From an uncultured Alphaproteobacteria bacterium (lineage in GTDB: Bacteria > Pseudomonadota > Alphaproteobacteria > Rs-D84 > CACZYB01), in contig CAKQHZ010000001.1 of assembly GCA_934246625.1 (NCBI GenBank), positions 600,001 through 632,000 on the forward strand: a stretch of 32,000 nucleotides of DNA. Reading direction: 5' to 3'. The notes under the pieces were generated by a model. That model was not told the origin of the DNA. It ran no database searches and saw only the letters and a list, made by a program, of their open reading frames with translations. How positions within the stretch are numbered: position 1 is the stretch's first letter; every line of letters starts with the position of its first letter. This document shows, one piece after another, positions 18,346-26,682 of this stretch. A program made the position numbers and the translations under genes.

Positions 18346-18808
18346 TTTCCACAACGCTAGGCAGTTTCTAGTCTTTCTGGTCAGTGGCGCATTTAGAAAA
18401 ATTTCGTACTTTTTCAAAAAAATACAATTTTAGAGTCATTTTTCTCTCTATTTTCTATGTTTTTTAGATTCTACTGATCCACTCCTCTAAAACACCTAAC
18501 TATATGAATTTACGAGTAAAATAGTTAGTGGGTCAATAGATTTTTAGAGAAATGTTAAGTATATGATTTTACAATGTTTTATTTTTAGAAAAATCTTAAA
18601 ATTTGTCAAAAATGATGCGTTTTTAGGGGATTTTTTTATCCCATTTTTTACATTTTTAGATTCTATTGACCCACTGATATAAAATACCAATATATTTCAT
18701 TAAAAACGGAGATAGTTGTGATTATTCTACATTAGTTCAAAAAAATTTTTTTATTTTCGCTGGAATTAAAACAGACTAATAAAAGTATATTAATTCCAAT
18801 TTATTTAC

Positions 18809-18837
18809 TTGCTTTTGTTTATGGATAAAATTATAAT
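18809..18837 (+). promoter_or_regulatory. Candidate sigma-70 promoter for the cassette-1 operon
   Basis: TTGCTT (18809-18814), 17-nt spacer, TATAAT (18832-18837). The ATG is at 18871. Confidence 0.4.
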
Positions 18838-18870
18838 TTTGTATAATTTTAGAATAGCAGGTAAAGTAAT

Positions 18871-19401
18871 ATGTTTATTAAATTAAAAAAATATATAACA
18901 GATATTTTGGAATCTATTGAAGAATATCCATTTTTCTTTTTTTGTTTTTTTCAAATAATTTTTTTTATTTGGTTTTATAAGATACCGTTATTACATAATT
19001 ATATTTATAAATTAATTACTCCTAGTGAAATCTACAAGGATATAATAACTACAATAGCATCTTTTGATGGAATATTATACTCTTTATTTTTTACTGAATT
19101 TTTGAGTAAATATAAGGAAATTGGTCAAATATATTCTGATAACAAATATGTTATGAAAAAAATAAAAAAAATAATTTTGAAATTTACTTCACTGGTTTTA
19201 TTCAATTTTATAGTAGCTTTATTTTGTTTACATAAGTTTGATAAAGATTTATTTATTGACGCAAAATATATGTTTATATTATTTTTGAATTTTGCTTTTG
19301 TCGTTACTTTTTACTATTTAAATTTTGGAAAAATGAATAAAATGTATTCTACTAAATATCTTATTGAAGGTTTAAAGGAGAATATTGATGAATATTTTTA
19401 A
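18871..19401 (+). CDS. Small multi-pass membrane protein (orphan)
   Basis: There are 3-4 hydrophobic segments (FFFFCFFQIIFFIWF, ITTIASFDGILYSLFF, LVLFNFIVALFCL, FILFLNFAFVVTFYYL). The stop overlaps the next gene's start by 14 nt. Confidence 0.5.
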   Translation: MFIKLKKYITDILESIEEYPFFFFCFFQIIFFIWFYKIPLLHNYIYKLITPSEIYKDIITTIASFDGILYSLFFTEFLSKYKEIGQIYSDNKYVMKKIKKIILKFTSLVLFNFIVALFCLHKFDKDLFIDAKYMFILFLNFAFVVTFYYLNFGKMNKMYSTKYLIEGLKENIDEYF

Positions 19402-21445
19402 AAAGAATTATAATAATTATTATGAATATATAGATAATTTATTAAAAATATTTGAAAATTCTGTAAAATATTTTTATACAAGTAAAAATTCTTTGGTAAT
19501 TACTGATGAAACATTTAAGGAAATTTTATCTAAAATAATAGATATATATAAGAAAATTTTAAATAGCCCTAAAAAAGAATTGCATTATAAAGAGACAAAA
19601 ATTAAAGATGATGTAAATTCGAACTTTTATATTCTGTTTAACCAGGATCAGTATATTGAAACTGTTAAGATTTTAAAAACAATATTTGATATATACCAAT
19701 ATTTATGTGATAATAATGATAAAGATTTAAAAGAAAAAATTCATTATACAATATATGATTTATTACTTTTTTCTTCATCGAAAGAAGATAATCAAGCCGA
19801 GGTCAATTATATATTGGACCGATTATTTTTATGTATGTTGTCTGATAAAAATACATTAACTATTTATTATAATTTTTACACAATTGTATTCGATAGATTC
19901 CGACAAGAAAAATTTAATAATATATATTTAACTTCATTTAATAAATATGCTTTAAATATTTTAAAGCACCTATTAGATATAGATAACATGAAAGCTTTTA
20001 AATGTGTCGTAGATATTTCAATAAATAAATCTATGGATATTTATGATTCATACGGGGAAAATATAGATAAATTAAAAATAAATAAATTTAGAGAATTATT
20101 TTTAAAAACTACTTCTTTTGCTTTATATAAAAAAAATTATGAAGCTTTAGATATTCTATTTAATTTTCATACCCCAAAAGATTACACTGTTTTCTGGGAG
20201 AATAAAGATATTTTACCACATTCTTTAAAAGAAGTTTTTGAATGGGTATATAATAACAATATATGGGTAGAAGAATTAGAAGATCATCATGGTATAGCAT
20301 CTTATTACGAAAAATTAATATATTTATTAATATTAAGAGCTTTATATAATAACAATAATATTAGTAAGGATACTATAAATTTAAGAGATTTAGAAAATAT
20401 TAATTTTTCAGATTTACATAGAATACAAAAATTTAATTTAAAAGCATTAAAAGATTTTCATCCAAATACGAAATATAATGAGAAGGATTTAGAACAATCC
20501 GAAAAAGAGGTTCTTTCTGTAGTTAATGATATATTTAACAATAATAAGTTATTGGATATTATTGGCATAAATGAAGATAATATAGATAAAATTAAAAATG
20601 AATTTATTGACGCTTTAAAGATAATTTCAAAATTAGCCAATGAAATGGAAATAAATATCATAAAAAAATCACAATGCTCAAATGAAAAAATAAATAATGT
20701 AAGAAACGAAATATTTAAAAATTATCAAAAAAATAATAATTTATTATCAATATTTAACCAATATAATTTGATTTCAAATGATTATTATAATAATTTTGAC
20801 ACTTCATATATTGGTTATAATGTAGCCCTTTCTAAAGAAATATTCATTGACAATTATGGGGTTTCATTTGTCGGTATGGAAGCTGATTTTTCAGAAGGAA
20901 TATATCGAAGAGAGAATTTAATAATATTAGATGAAGTCAGGAAAAAAGTTCAGCAAAAATATTTAGAAGATTTGGAAAATGTAATAACTAAAAGTGAAAA
21001 TAAAGAAGATTTATTTATTATTTTAAATTATGCTGATTTATTTAATTTAAGATCATTACAAAAAACAATGAATATAACATTAAAGGATAAATATCTATTT
21101 TCAGAAGAAGAAAAAAATACATATAAAGAATTTAATCTAAATAATTTTGTTGGTATTTTAATGTGTAATAATATTTCTATTCCTGTCTACTCTTGTTTTA
21201 TGGGAGACAATAAGTCACAATTGTTTTTATTATCAAAAAATAGAGAAAAATTTGGAAGTGTCATAGAATATATATATAATGGTGAAGATAAAGAATATTT
21301 TGATGAACAAACAAAGTTATTCTGTAAATTATCAGAATTTGAAGATAAAAAAAGAGTTTTATTACAATTATATAAGAAAATAGATATTAATCTATCTGAT
21401 AGTTTTGAAGGATATATGATATCGTTAAAAGATACAGTATACTAG
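19388..21445 (+). CDS. 685-aa orphan protein, N/K/I/Y-rich, no recognisable motif
   Basis: Long uninterrupted ORF in very AT-rich DNA. AAGGAG (19375-19380) lies 7 nt before the ATG at 19388. It is translationally coupled to the upstream membrane protein gene. Confidence 0.6.
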   Translation: MNIFKKNYNNYYEYIDNLLKIFENSVKYFYTSKNSLVITDETFKEILSKIIDIYKKILNSPKKELHYKETKIKDDVNSNFYILFNQDQYIETVKILKTIFDIYQYLCDNNDKDLKEKIHYTIYDLLLFSSSKEDNQAEVNYILDRLFLCMLSDKNTLTIYYNFYTIVFDRFRQEKFNNIYLTSFNKYALNILKHLLDIDNMKAFKCVVDISINKSMDIYDSYGENIDKLKINKFRELFLKTTSFALYKKNYEALDILFNFHTPKDYTVFWENKDILPHSLKEVFEWVYNNNIWVEELEDHHGIASYYEKLIYLLILRALYNNNNISKDTINLRDLENINFSDLHRIQKFNLKALKDFHPNTKYNEKDLEQSEKEVLSVVNDIFNNNKLLDIIGINEDNIDKIKNEFIDALKIISKLANEMEINIIKKSQCSNEKINNVRNEIFKNYQKNNNLLSIFNQYNLISNDYYNNFDTSYIGYNVALSKEIFIDNYGVSFVGMEADFSEGIYRRENLIILDEVRKKVQQKYLEDLENVITKSENKEDLFIILNYADLFNLRSLQKTMNITLKDKYLFSEEEKNTYKEFNLNNFVGILMCNNISIPVYSCFMGDNKSQLFLLSKNREKFGSVIEYIYNGEDKEYFDEQTKLFCKLSEFEDKKRVLLQLYKKIDINLSDSFEGYMISLKDTVY

Positions 21446-21541
21446 TAGATAACTTATAAATTTAACTAAAATTTTTATATTTGCATAATTTGTATTTCTG
21501 ATATAGATATATTCTATATATCAAAAACAAGTGAGGTTGAT

Positions 21542-21637
21542 ATGAAGATGTTCTTTTTGTGGTGTATATTCTTTACAAATTTCCCGCTTTGGTTGTTTTG
21601 GTACATTTTTTTACGTAATAATAATTCTAAAAAGTAA
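21542..21637 (+). CDS. Possible 31-aa hydrophobic, Trp/Phe-rich mini-protein (MKMFFLWCIFFTNFPLWLFWYIFLRNNNSKK)
   Basis: GTGAGGT Shine-Dalgarno-like sequence (21531-21537) lies 4 nt upstream of the ATG. The ORF ends 8 nt before the zinc-ribbon nuclease ATG. It is below the ORF-track length cutoff and was read by hand. Confidence 0.3.
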   Translation: MKMFFLWCIFFTNFPLWLFWYIFLRNNNSKK

Positions 21638-21645
21638 GATAATTA

Positions 21646-24009
21646 ATGATAAAAAAACACTTATCAGAAATCAAAGAGTTAATGCAAGAATGGGATTATG
21701 AAGCTAATAAAGATTTAGATCCTACAAAACTTACTGTTGGTAGTAAAGAAAACGTTTTATGGAAGTGTTCAAAATGTGGTTATCATTGGCATGCTATGAT
21801 TAATAGGAGATATAGTAATCATACTGGATGTCCTGCATGTGCAAATAAAGTATTTGCAAAAGGGTATAATGATTTAGAAACAATATATCCAGAAATAGCA
21901 AAAGAATGGCACCCAACAATGAATGGAAATTTGACTCCAAGTGATGTTAAACCAGCAAGTCTTAATCGTGTATGGTGGTTATGCCCAATTTGTAATAATG
22001 CTTACCAAAAAAGAATTATGGATAGAGTAAAAAAGGGATCTAAATGTAATAAATGTTGTGATCCTAAAGTAATACAGGGAAAAAATGATATTGCTACAAA
22101 ATTTCCAGATTTATTAAAGGAATGGAATTATGAAAAAAATTATCCATTTTTACCACAAAATTTTTCTTATGGAAGTACAAGAAAATTTTGGTGGAAATGT
22201 TCAAAATGTAATTATGAATGGATGGCTACAGCTTTAAATAGAAATAATTCAGGTTTTGGATGCCCAGTATGTAAACAATCTTCTGGTGCAATAAAAGGAT
22301 TAACAGATTTAGGAAAAACACATCCTGAACTAGCTAAAGAATGGGATTATGAAAATAATAAAAATCTAACACCAGAACAAGTTAAAGCAGGTTCAGGAAA
22401 AAATGTATGGTGGAAATGTCTTAAATGTCATTGCTCCTATAAAACACAAATAATTGCGAGAGTTAAAGGCAGAGGTTGTCCGAATTGTAAAGATACAGGA
22501 GTTGTAGATGGATTTAATGATTTTCAAACATTATATCCAAATCTTGTAAAAGAATGGCATCCAACAAAGAATACTAAAAAGCCAAATCAAATAAAATCGA
22601 AGTCTAAGTATAATGCTTTTTGGATATGTCCAACATGTGGATTAGTTTGGCAAGCACCTGTGGTAAGTCGAGTTGTCCAAGGGAGAGATTGTCCTGCATG
22701 TAATGATACTTCATTAGTTCCTGGAGTTAATGATTTAGCAACAAAATTTTCTGAAATTGCAAAAGAGTGGCATTCTACTAAAAATGGAGATTTAACTCCA
22801 AAAGACGTAAAATATGGAAGTCGTAAAAAAGTATGGTGGAAATGTTCTGTATGTAGTAAAGAATGGGAAACAACTATTGATAGTCGAACAAGACAATTAT
22901 CTGGTTGTCCTCGATGTTTAAATTCGAAACAAACATCATATCCAGAACAAGCGATTTATTATTATGTTCAACAAATATATCCAGATGCTATTAATAAATA
23001 TAAAGCTGATTTTTTAGGAAGAATGGAACTAGATATTTTTATTCCATCAATTAATTTTGCAATTGAATATGATGGTGAAGCTTGGCATAGAGAAAATAAG
23101 CGTTCAATGGAACAAAGAAAATATAAACTTTGTCAAAATAAAGGGATTAAACTTATAAGAATTAGAGAAAAACTTACATCTTTAGGTTGTGAAATTTCTG
23201 ATGATCAGATAGGTATTGTTAAATTAAATGGTAAAAATAGTTTGGAAGAAACAATAAAATATTTAATTAATAAAATTAATTTTACAGGCAAAAATATTCA
23301 TGTCGATTTAATAAATGATGAAATGTTAATTCGTTCATTATGTCATGGGAATCCTAAAGATTCTTTAGAAAAATTATTTCCAGAATTAGTTTGTGAATGG
23401 CATCCAACATTGAATAAAGATTTGAAACCTGAAAATGTATCATGTGGATCTAATCTAAGAGTTTGGTGGCTATGCCCTAAATGTAGCCAATCTTACAAAG
23501 CATCTATTAATCATAGAGTAAAAAGTAAATCAGGTTGTCCGGTATGTTCAAATAGGAAAGTAGCAACTGGAATTAATGATTTATTTACTACAAATCCGGA
23601 TTTAGCTAATGAGTGGCATCCAACAAAAAATGGAAGTTTAACACCTCATGATGTTACATATGGTTCAGGCAAAAAAGTTTGGTGGTTATGTCCTAAATGT
23701 AAATATGAATGGTTTCAAAGTGTAAATAGAAGAACTTCGATGAAATTAGGTTGTCCTTGTTGTACGGGAAAAAAATTAATAGTTGGTAAAAATGATTTAG
23801 CAACAGAATGTCCAGAATTAGCAAAAGAATGGCATCAAACTAAAAATGGAAATTTATCTCCAAAAGATGTAAAAGCAGGAAGTCATTTCCCTGTATGGTG
23901 GAAATGTTCTGTATGTGGTAATGAATGGAAAACAGATATTAGGTCAAGAGTAAAAGGACGGAAGTGTCCTAATTGTTCTAAAAAACAATTAAAACTAGAT
24001 TTAAAATAG
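21646..24009 (+). CDS. Nine-fold zinc-ribbon repeat protein with central Vsr/DUF559-like PD-(D/E)xK nuclease domain
   Basis: Nine repeats of about 70 aa follow the pattern EWH.TKNG.L.P.DV..GS..KVWW.C..C..W...I..R.....GCP.C. Six precede and three follow a core at about 22936-23170 (ELDIFIPSINFAIEYDGEAWH...QRKYKLCQNKGIKLIRIRE). Confidence 0.8.
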   Translation: MIKKHLSEIKELMQEWDYEANKDLDPTKLTVGSKENVLWKCSKCGYHWHAMINRRYSNHTGCPACANKVFAKGYNDLETIYPEIAKEWHPTMNGNLTPSDVKPASLNRVWWLCPICNNAYQKRIMDRVKKGSKCNKCCDPKVIQGKNDIATKFPDLLKEWNYEKNYPFLPQNFSYGSTRKFWWKCSKCNYEWMATALNRNNSGFGCPVCKQSSGAIKGLTDLGKTHPELAKEWDYENNKNLTPEQVKAGSGKNVWWKCLKCHCSYKTQIIARVKGRGCPNCKDTGVVDGFNDFQTLYPNLVKEWHPTKNTKKPNQIKSKSKYNAFWICPTCGLVWQAPVVSRVVQGRDCPACNDTSLVPGVNDLATKFSEIAKEWHSTKNGDLTPKDVKYGSRKKVWWKCSVCSKEWETTIDSRTRQLSGCPRCLNSKQTSYPEQAIYYYVQQIYPDAINKYKADFLGRMELDIFIPSINFAIEYDGEAWHRENKRSMEQRKYKLCQNKGIKLIRIREKLTSLGCEISDDQIGIVKLNGKNSLEETIKYLINKINFTGKNIHVDLINDEMLIRSLCHGNPKDSLEKLFPELVCEWHPTLNKDLKPENVSCGSNLRVWWLCPKCSQSYKASINHRVKSKSGCPVCSNRKVATGINDLFTTNPDLANEWHPTKNGSLTPHDVTYGSGKKVWWLCPKCKYEWFQSVNRRTSMKLGCPCCTGKKLIVGKNDLATECPELAKEWHQTKNGNLSPKDVKAGSHFPVWWKCSVCGNEWKTDIRSRVKGRKCPNCSKKQLKLDLK

Positions 24010-24023
24010 ATTTAGAAATTTTA

Positions 24024-24057
24024 ACTTCATAGTTTAGGATTATGCAAACTATGAAGT
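24024..24057 (+). terminator. Possible hairpin terminator after the zinc-ribbon nuclease gene (no clear U-tract)
   Basis: ACTTCATAGTTT-aggattatgc-AAACTATGAAGT, a perfect 12-bp stem. Confidence 0.35.
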
Positions 24058-24368
24058 ATAAGCAATAATCATATCCAAATTATAGTAACCAAGAACTTCT
24101 TTCTATATTTTTTTTAAAGCATGATTTACGACAGTTGCAAAATTTGCAGTTATCGAGTTTTCTGCAAATTAGCCATCATTAAAGTGGAAAACTAGTTACG
24201 AATGGTATAGGATTAGTATTCTCCCAACCAAAATAGAGAATTTTAGAAAATTTGAAAAAAAATGATGAATATGGTAAAACACTAAGAAAACTCTATATTG
24301 GAGCAGTTTTCGAGAATAGTTATGAATGGTATAGGATTAATATATAGTCGAAATGGATTGACCGATTT

Positions 24369-24448
24369 CTGCGGTTTAGAAATTGTTCGGGAATGGATAT
24401 AAACCCCCCACCAAAAATTCAAAAAGGCTTCCGAAAGGGAGCTTTTTT
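24369..24448 (+). repeat. Direct repeat copy 2: degenerate tRNA-Lys 3' fragment plus exact terminator copy (att-like junction)
   Basis: ctgcggtttagaaattgttcgggaatggatataaaccccccacca resembles the tRNA from the anticodon arm to CCA. It is followed by aaaattcaaaaaggcttccgaaagggagctttttt. Confidence 0.8.
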
Positions 24449-24693
24449 CTTTGCCTATAGACCCTAGATTCTTCCTAGTGTAATAATTAGAGATAATCTA
24501 TAAGTTATTTAGAAATTTCTTTTTAAGCATTTTCTCTCTATTCTCTATGCTTTATCCGAAGAACGCCTTATGTATTTGAATATACTTAATTTTATAACTG
24601 CGGATACAATAGAAAAGTTGTAGAAAATCTGTGGAGTAGCAAAAAGTATCAAAAAACTAGCTTATGATCTACAGTTTTAAAGGTTTATTTTCC

Positions 24694-24721
24694 TTGAAAG
24701 TAGTTTTTATAGGAGTATAAT
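24694..24721 (+). promoter_or_regulatory. Candidate sigma-70 promoter for the first cassette-2 operon
   Basis: TTGAAA (24694-24699), 16-nt spacer, TATAAT (24716-24721). Confidence 0.4.
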
Positions 24722-24752
24722 ACATCTTATGTATAATAAAAAGGATGTCAAA

Positions 24753-25043
24753 ATGGCTGCAAATTTCAAAAGAAAAGGAAATGAACTTAGAGATATACAT
24801 ACTCGTCTTATTGGAAAAATTGATGGTAAATATATTCGTGATGCACATGCTTGTCTTATGGGCAAAATTGATGGAATGGATGTAAAAGATAAACACGGTA
24901 TAAAAATTGGTCGTTTAGATGGGGATTACATTCGAGATGTACATAATGTAAAAATTGCAACAAGAAAAGATTTAATAAAGTCAATAGATGGAACAACAGG
25001 TGGTATTGAAGATGTCGCTCTATATTTGTTTTTTGTAAGATAA
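24753..25043 (+). CDS. Small protein with four 16-aa repeats (resembles '4-fold beta-flower' proteins, from memory)
   Basis: The repeats are NELRDIHTRLIGKIDG, KYIRDAHACLMGKIDG, MDVKDKHGIKIGRLDG and DYIRDVHNVKIATRKD (nt 24780-24971). I prefer the ATG at 24753, with AAGGA 7 nt upstream, because the ATG at 24729 sits only 7 nt after the predicted -10. Confidence 0.6.
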   Translation: MAANFKRKGNELRDIHTRLIGKIDGKYIRDAHACLMGKIDGMDVKDKHGIKIGRLDGDYIRDVHNVKIATRKDLIKSIDGTTGGIEDVALYLFFVR

Positions 25044-25062
25044 ATTTTAAAAAGGGGGCAAA

Positions 25063-25770
25063 ATGGAAAATAAAAAAGAAACAAAGATAGATAATTTTTT
25101 AGCATATATTGCTGGTATATGTGCATTTATTGGTATATGTGCGATAGTTTATAAATTATATCTTTTTGGATTTACAAGAGAAAATATTGCTGATGCTTCA
25201 ATAAATCTTGCACAAATTTTAACAAGTATTGGTGTCTTGTTTGGAGTTCTTTCATCACTTAGAACTTTATTAAAATGTCCTAAAAGTTATTTTTTTAAGG
25301 AGTTAGAAAAGTGGAATAAAAAATATGGTATATTAACAGATTGCAGCGAAGAATATGAAAAAGGTAAGGGAAAATTTATTAAATGCCAAATGTTGAGAAA
25401 TCATGCAAATATATTAAAAAATAAAGATAACCTTGAAGAACATTCAAAGGCATATATAAATTTTGTTAGAATTCCAACAGAAAATTTAGATGGAAATAAA
25501 ATAATTTTTTCTTTAAAACCATCAATGTTTAAAAAAAATGACAGAAAAGAACTTGAAAAATATGCTGAAAAAATAGTTGAAAAATTAAAAATAAGATATA
25601 GCGAAATTATTGATGATGACAAAGTTAAAATTTCATCTTTTGACAGAAAAGATGAAGTTATATATATTCATCTCGGATTAAACAGTGAATTAGATAATAA
25701 AAAAGAAATTTACAATCAAATCATAGATATGCTTGATTATATGACTATGGTGTATCTTGCAATAGCTTAG
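25063..25770 (+). CDS. Two-TM membrane protein with about 165-aa cytoplasmic K/E-rich domain (orphan)
   Basis: Strong RBS AAGGGGG before the ATG. TM1 is FLAYIAGICAFIGICAIVYKLYLF and TM2 is LAQILTSIGVLFGVLSSL. It starts 19 nt after the preceding stop. Confidence 0.55.
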   Translation: MENKKETKIDNFLAYIAGICAFIGICAIVYKLYLFGFTRENIADASINLAQILTSIGVLFGVLSSLRTLLKCPKSYFFKELEKWNKKYGILTDCSEEYEKGKGKFIKCQMLRNHANILKNKDNLEEHSKAYINFVRIPTENLDGNKIIFSLKPSMFKKNDRKELEKYAEKIVEKLKIRYSEIIDDDKVKISSFDRKDEVIYIHLGLNSELDNKKEIYNQIIDMLDYMTMVYLAIA

Positions 25771-25859
25771 TTTAATTTATTCAATACATTGCATCGTAAG
25801 GATAGTATATTGAATGGTTCGTGTAAACTTTTTAAATAAAAATAATAAGAAGTGTAAAA

Positions 25860-26420
25860 ATGAATAAAGAAAATATAATATCTTTTTATGTTGAAATAAT
25901 AAAATCGATATTGGAAATCTATAGATTAAATCAAAATAAAAATACTCAAAAAATTACCAAAAGAATTTTAAATTGGATTATTCGCGAATATAAGGGAAAA
26001 ATAAAATTATATGCATCAGAAGATGCAATAAAATGGGCAAAAAGCCAAGGTATTAATGATAACCTTTCAAATTATAATTGGAAAGATCAAGTAAAAAAGA
26101 AAGAAAAAGGTGGTCTTGGGGATAAAAAAAGAGAAAATTTACATCTTGAACATATTATTCCTATTTCTCAAATAATAGAAAATTTATTTGAAACAAAAAC
26201 TTCCAATAATATACAAAATATATTAAATGAAATTTCTGTTGCTTGGATTAAAAGGGATCAACAACAAAAATTAGATAAAGGACATAAAAAAGAAAGAGGT
26301 GAAAATTTAAAAAAATGTTTAGAATGTTGTAAAGAATATTGTGGTGAATTGACAGAAATTGGTGAGTACAAAGTACCTTTGGATTATGATAATGAAAGTG
26401 AAAAAAATGATATTTTGTAA
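25860..26420 (+). CDS. Hypothetical protein, possible His-Me finger (HNH/DUF1524-like) nuclease
   Basis: The only hint is LHLEHIIPISQ followed about 35 aa later by VAWIKRDQQQKLDKG, then a Cys cluster CLECCKEYC. The assignment is weak. Confidence 0.4.
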   Translation: MNKENIISFYVEIIKSILEIYRLNQNKNTQKITKRILNWIIREYKGKIKLYASEDAIKWAKSQGINDNLSNYNWKDQVKKKEKGGLGDKKRENLHLEHIIPISQIIENLFETKTSNNIQNILNEISVAWIKRDQQQKLDKGHKKERGENLKKCLECCKEYCGELTEIGEYKVPLDYDNESEKNDIL

Positions 26421-26676
26421 GTTTTTTATTTCTTTAACTGGCATATTAGGGTGTTTACAAATATCAAACTTACAAATTTCTTCATGCGTTAATTTTCTTT
26501 CTAATATTTTTGAAAGTTTAAAAGACAAAGAATTTAGAATAGAAATTGATAGATTGAATTTTATATTTACTCCAACTTTAAAAACTGGTTTTAACTTTGA
26601 TTTAGATTTTGATTTTAAATCATTTGATTTCGAAGTTTCATTATTAGGATTGGATTTAAAACTTAAACTTTGGTGA
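26407..26676 (+). CDS. Possible small exported protein
   Basis: MIFCKFFISLTGILGC looks like a signal or lipobox sequence. The C-terminus alternates hydrophobic residues and ends in an aromatic (VSLLGLDLKLKLW). The start is ambiguous (26359, 26392 or 26407). With 26407, it overlaps the upstream stop by 14 nt. Confidence 0.3.
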   Translation: MIFCKFFISLTGILGCLQISNLQISSCVNFLSNIFESLKDKEFRIEIDRLNFIFTPTLKTGFNFDLDFDFKSFDFEVSLLGLDLKLKLW

Positions 26677-26682
26677 TAAATT

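Larger units (their letters stand above)
18310..24448 (+). mobile_element. Putative integrated AT-rich cassette 1 at tRNA-Lys (no recombinase gene visible)
   Basis: Bounded by repeat copies 1 and 2. Composition drops sharply: spot counts give 8/60 G+C at 19441-19500 versus 29/60 at 16321-16380 and 18/60 at 3901-3960. Gene content is orphan or nuclease-like. Confidence 0.55.

Noticed and set aside
21500-21525. AT-only near-palindrome gatatagatatattctatatatc upstream of the mini-ORF as an operator
   Set aside because: The symmetry is imperfect and the sequence is pure AT in AT-rich DNA, so chance occurrence is likely. It is noted only as a possible regulatory site.
24669-24896. 75-aa minus-strand ORF overlapping the four-repeat protein gene
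   Set aside because: The plus-strand frame has the promoter, the RBS and a clean 16-aa periodicity. The minus-strand ORF has none of these.
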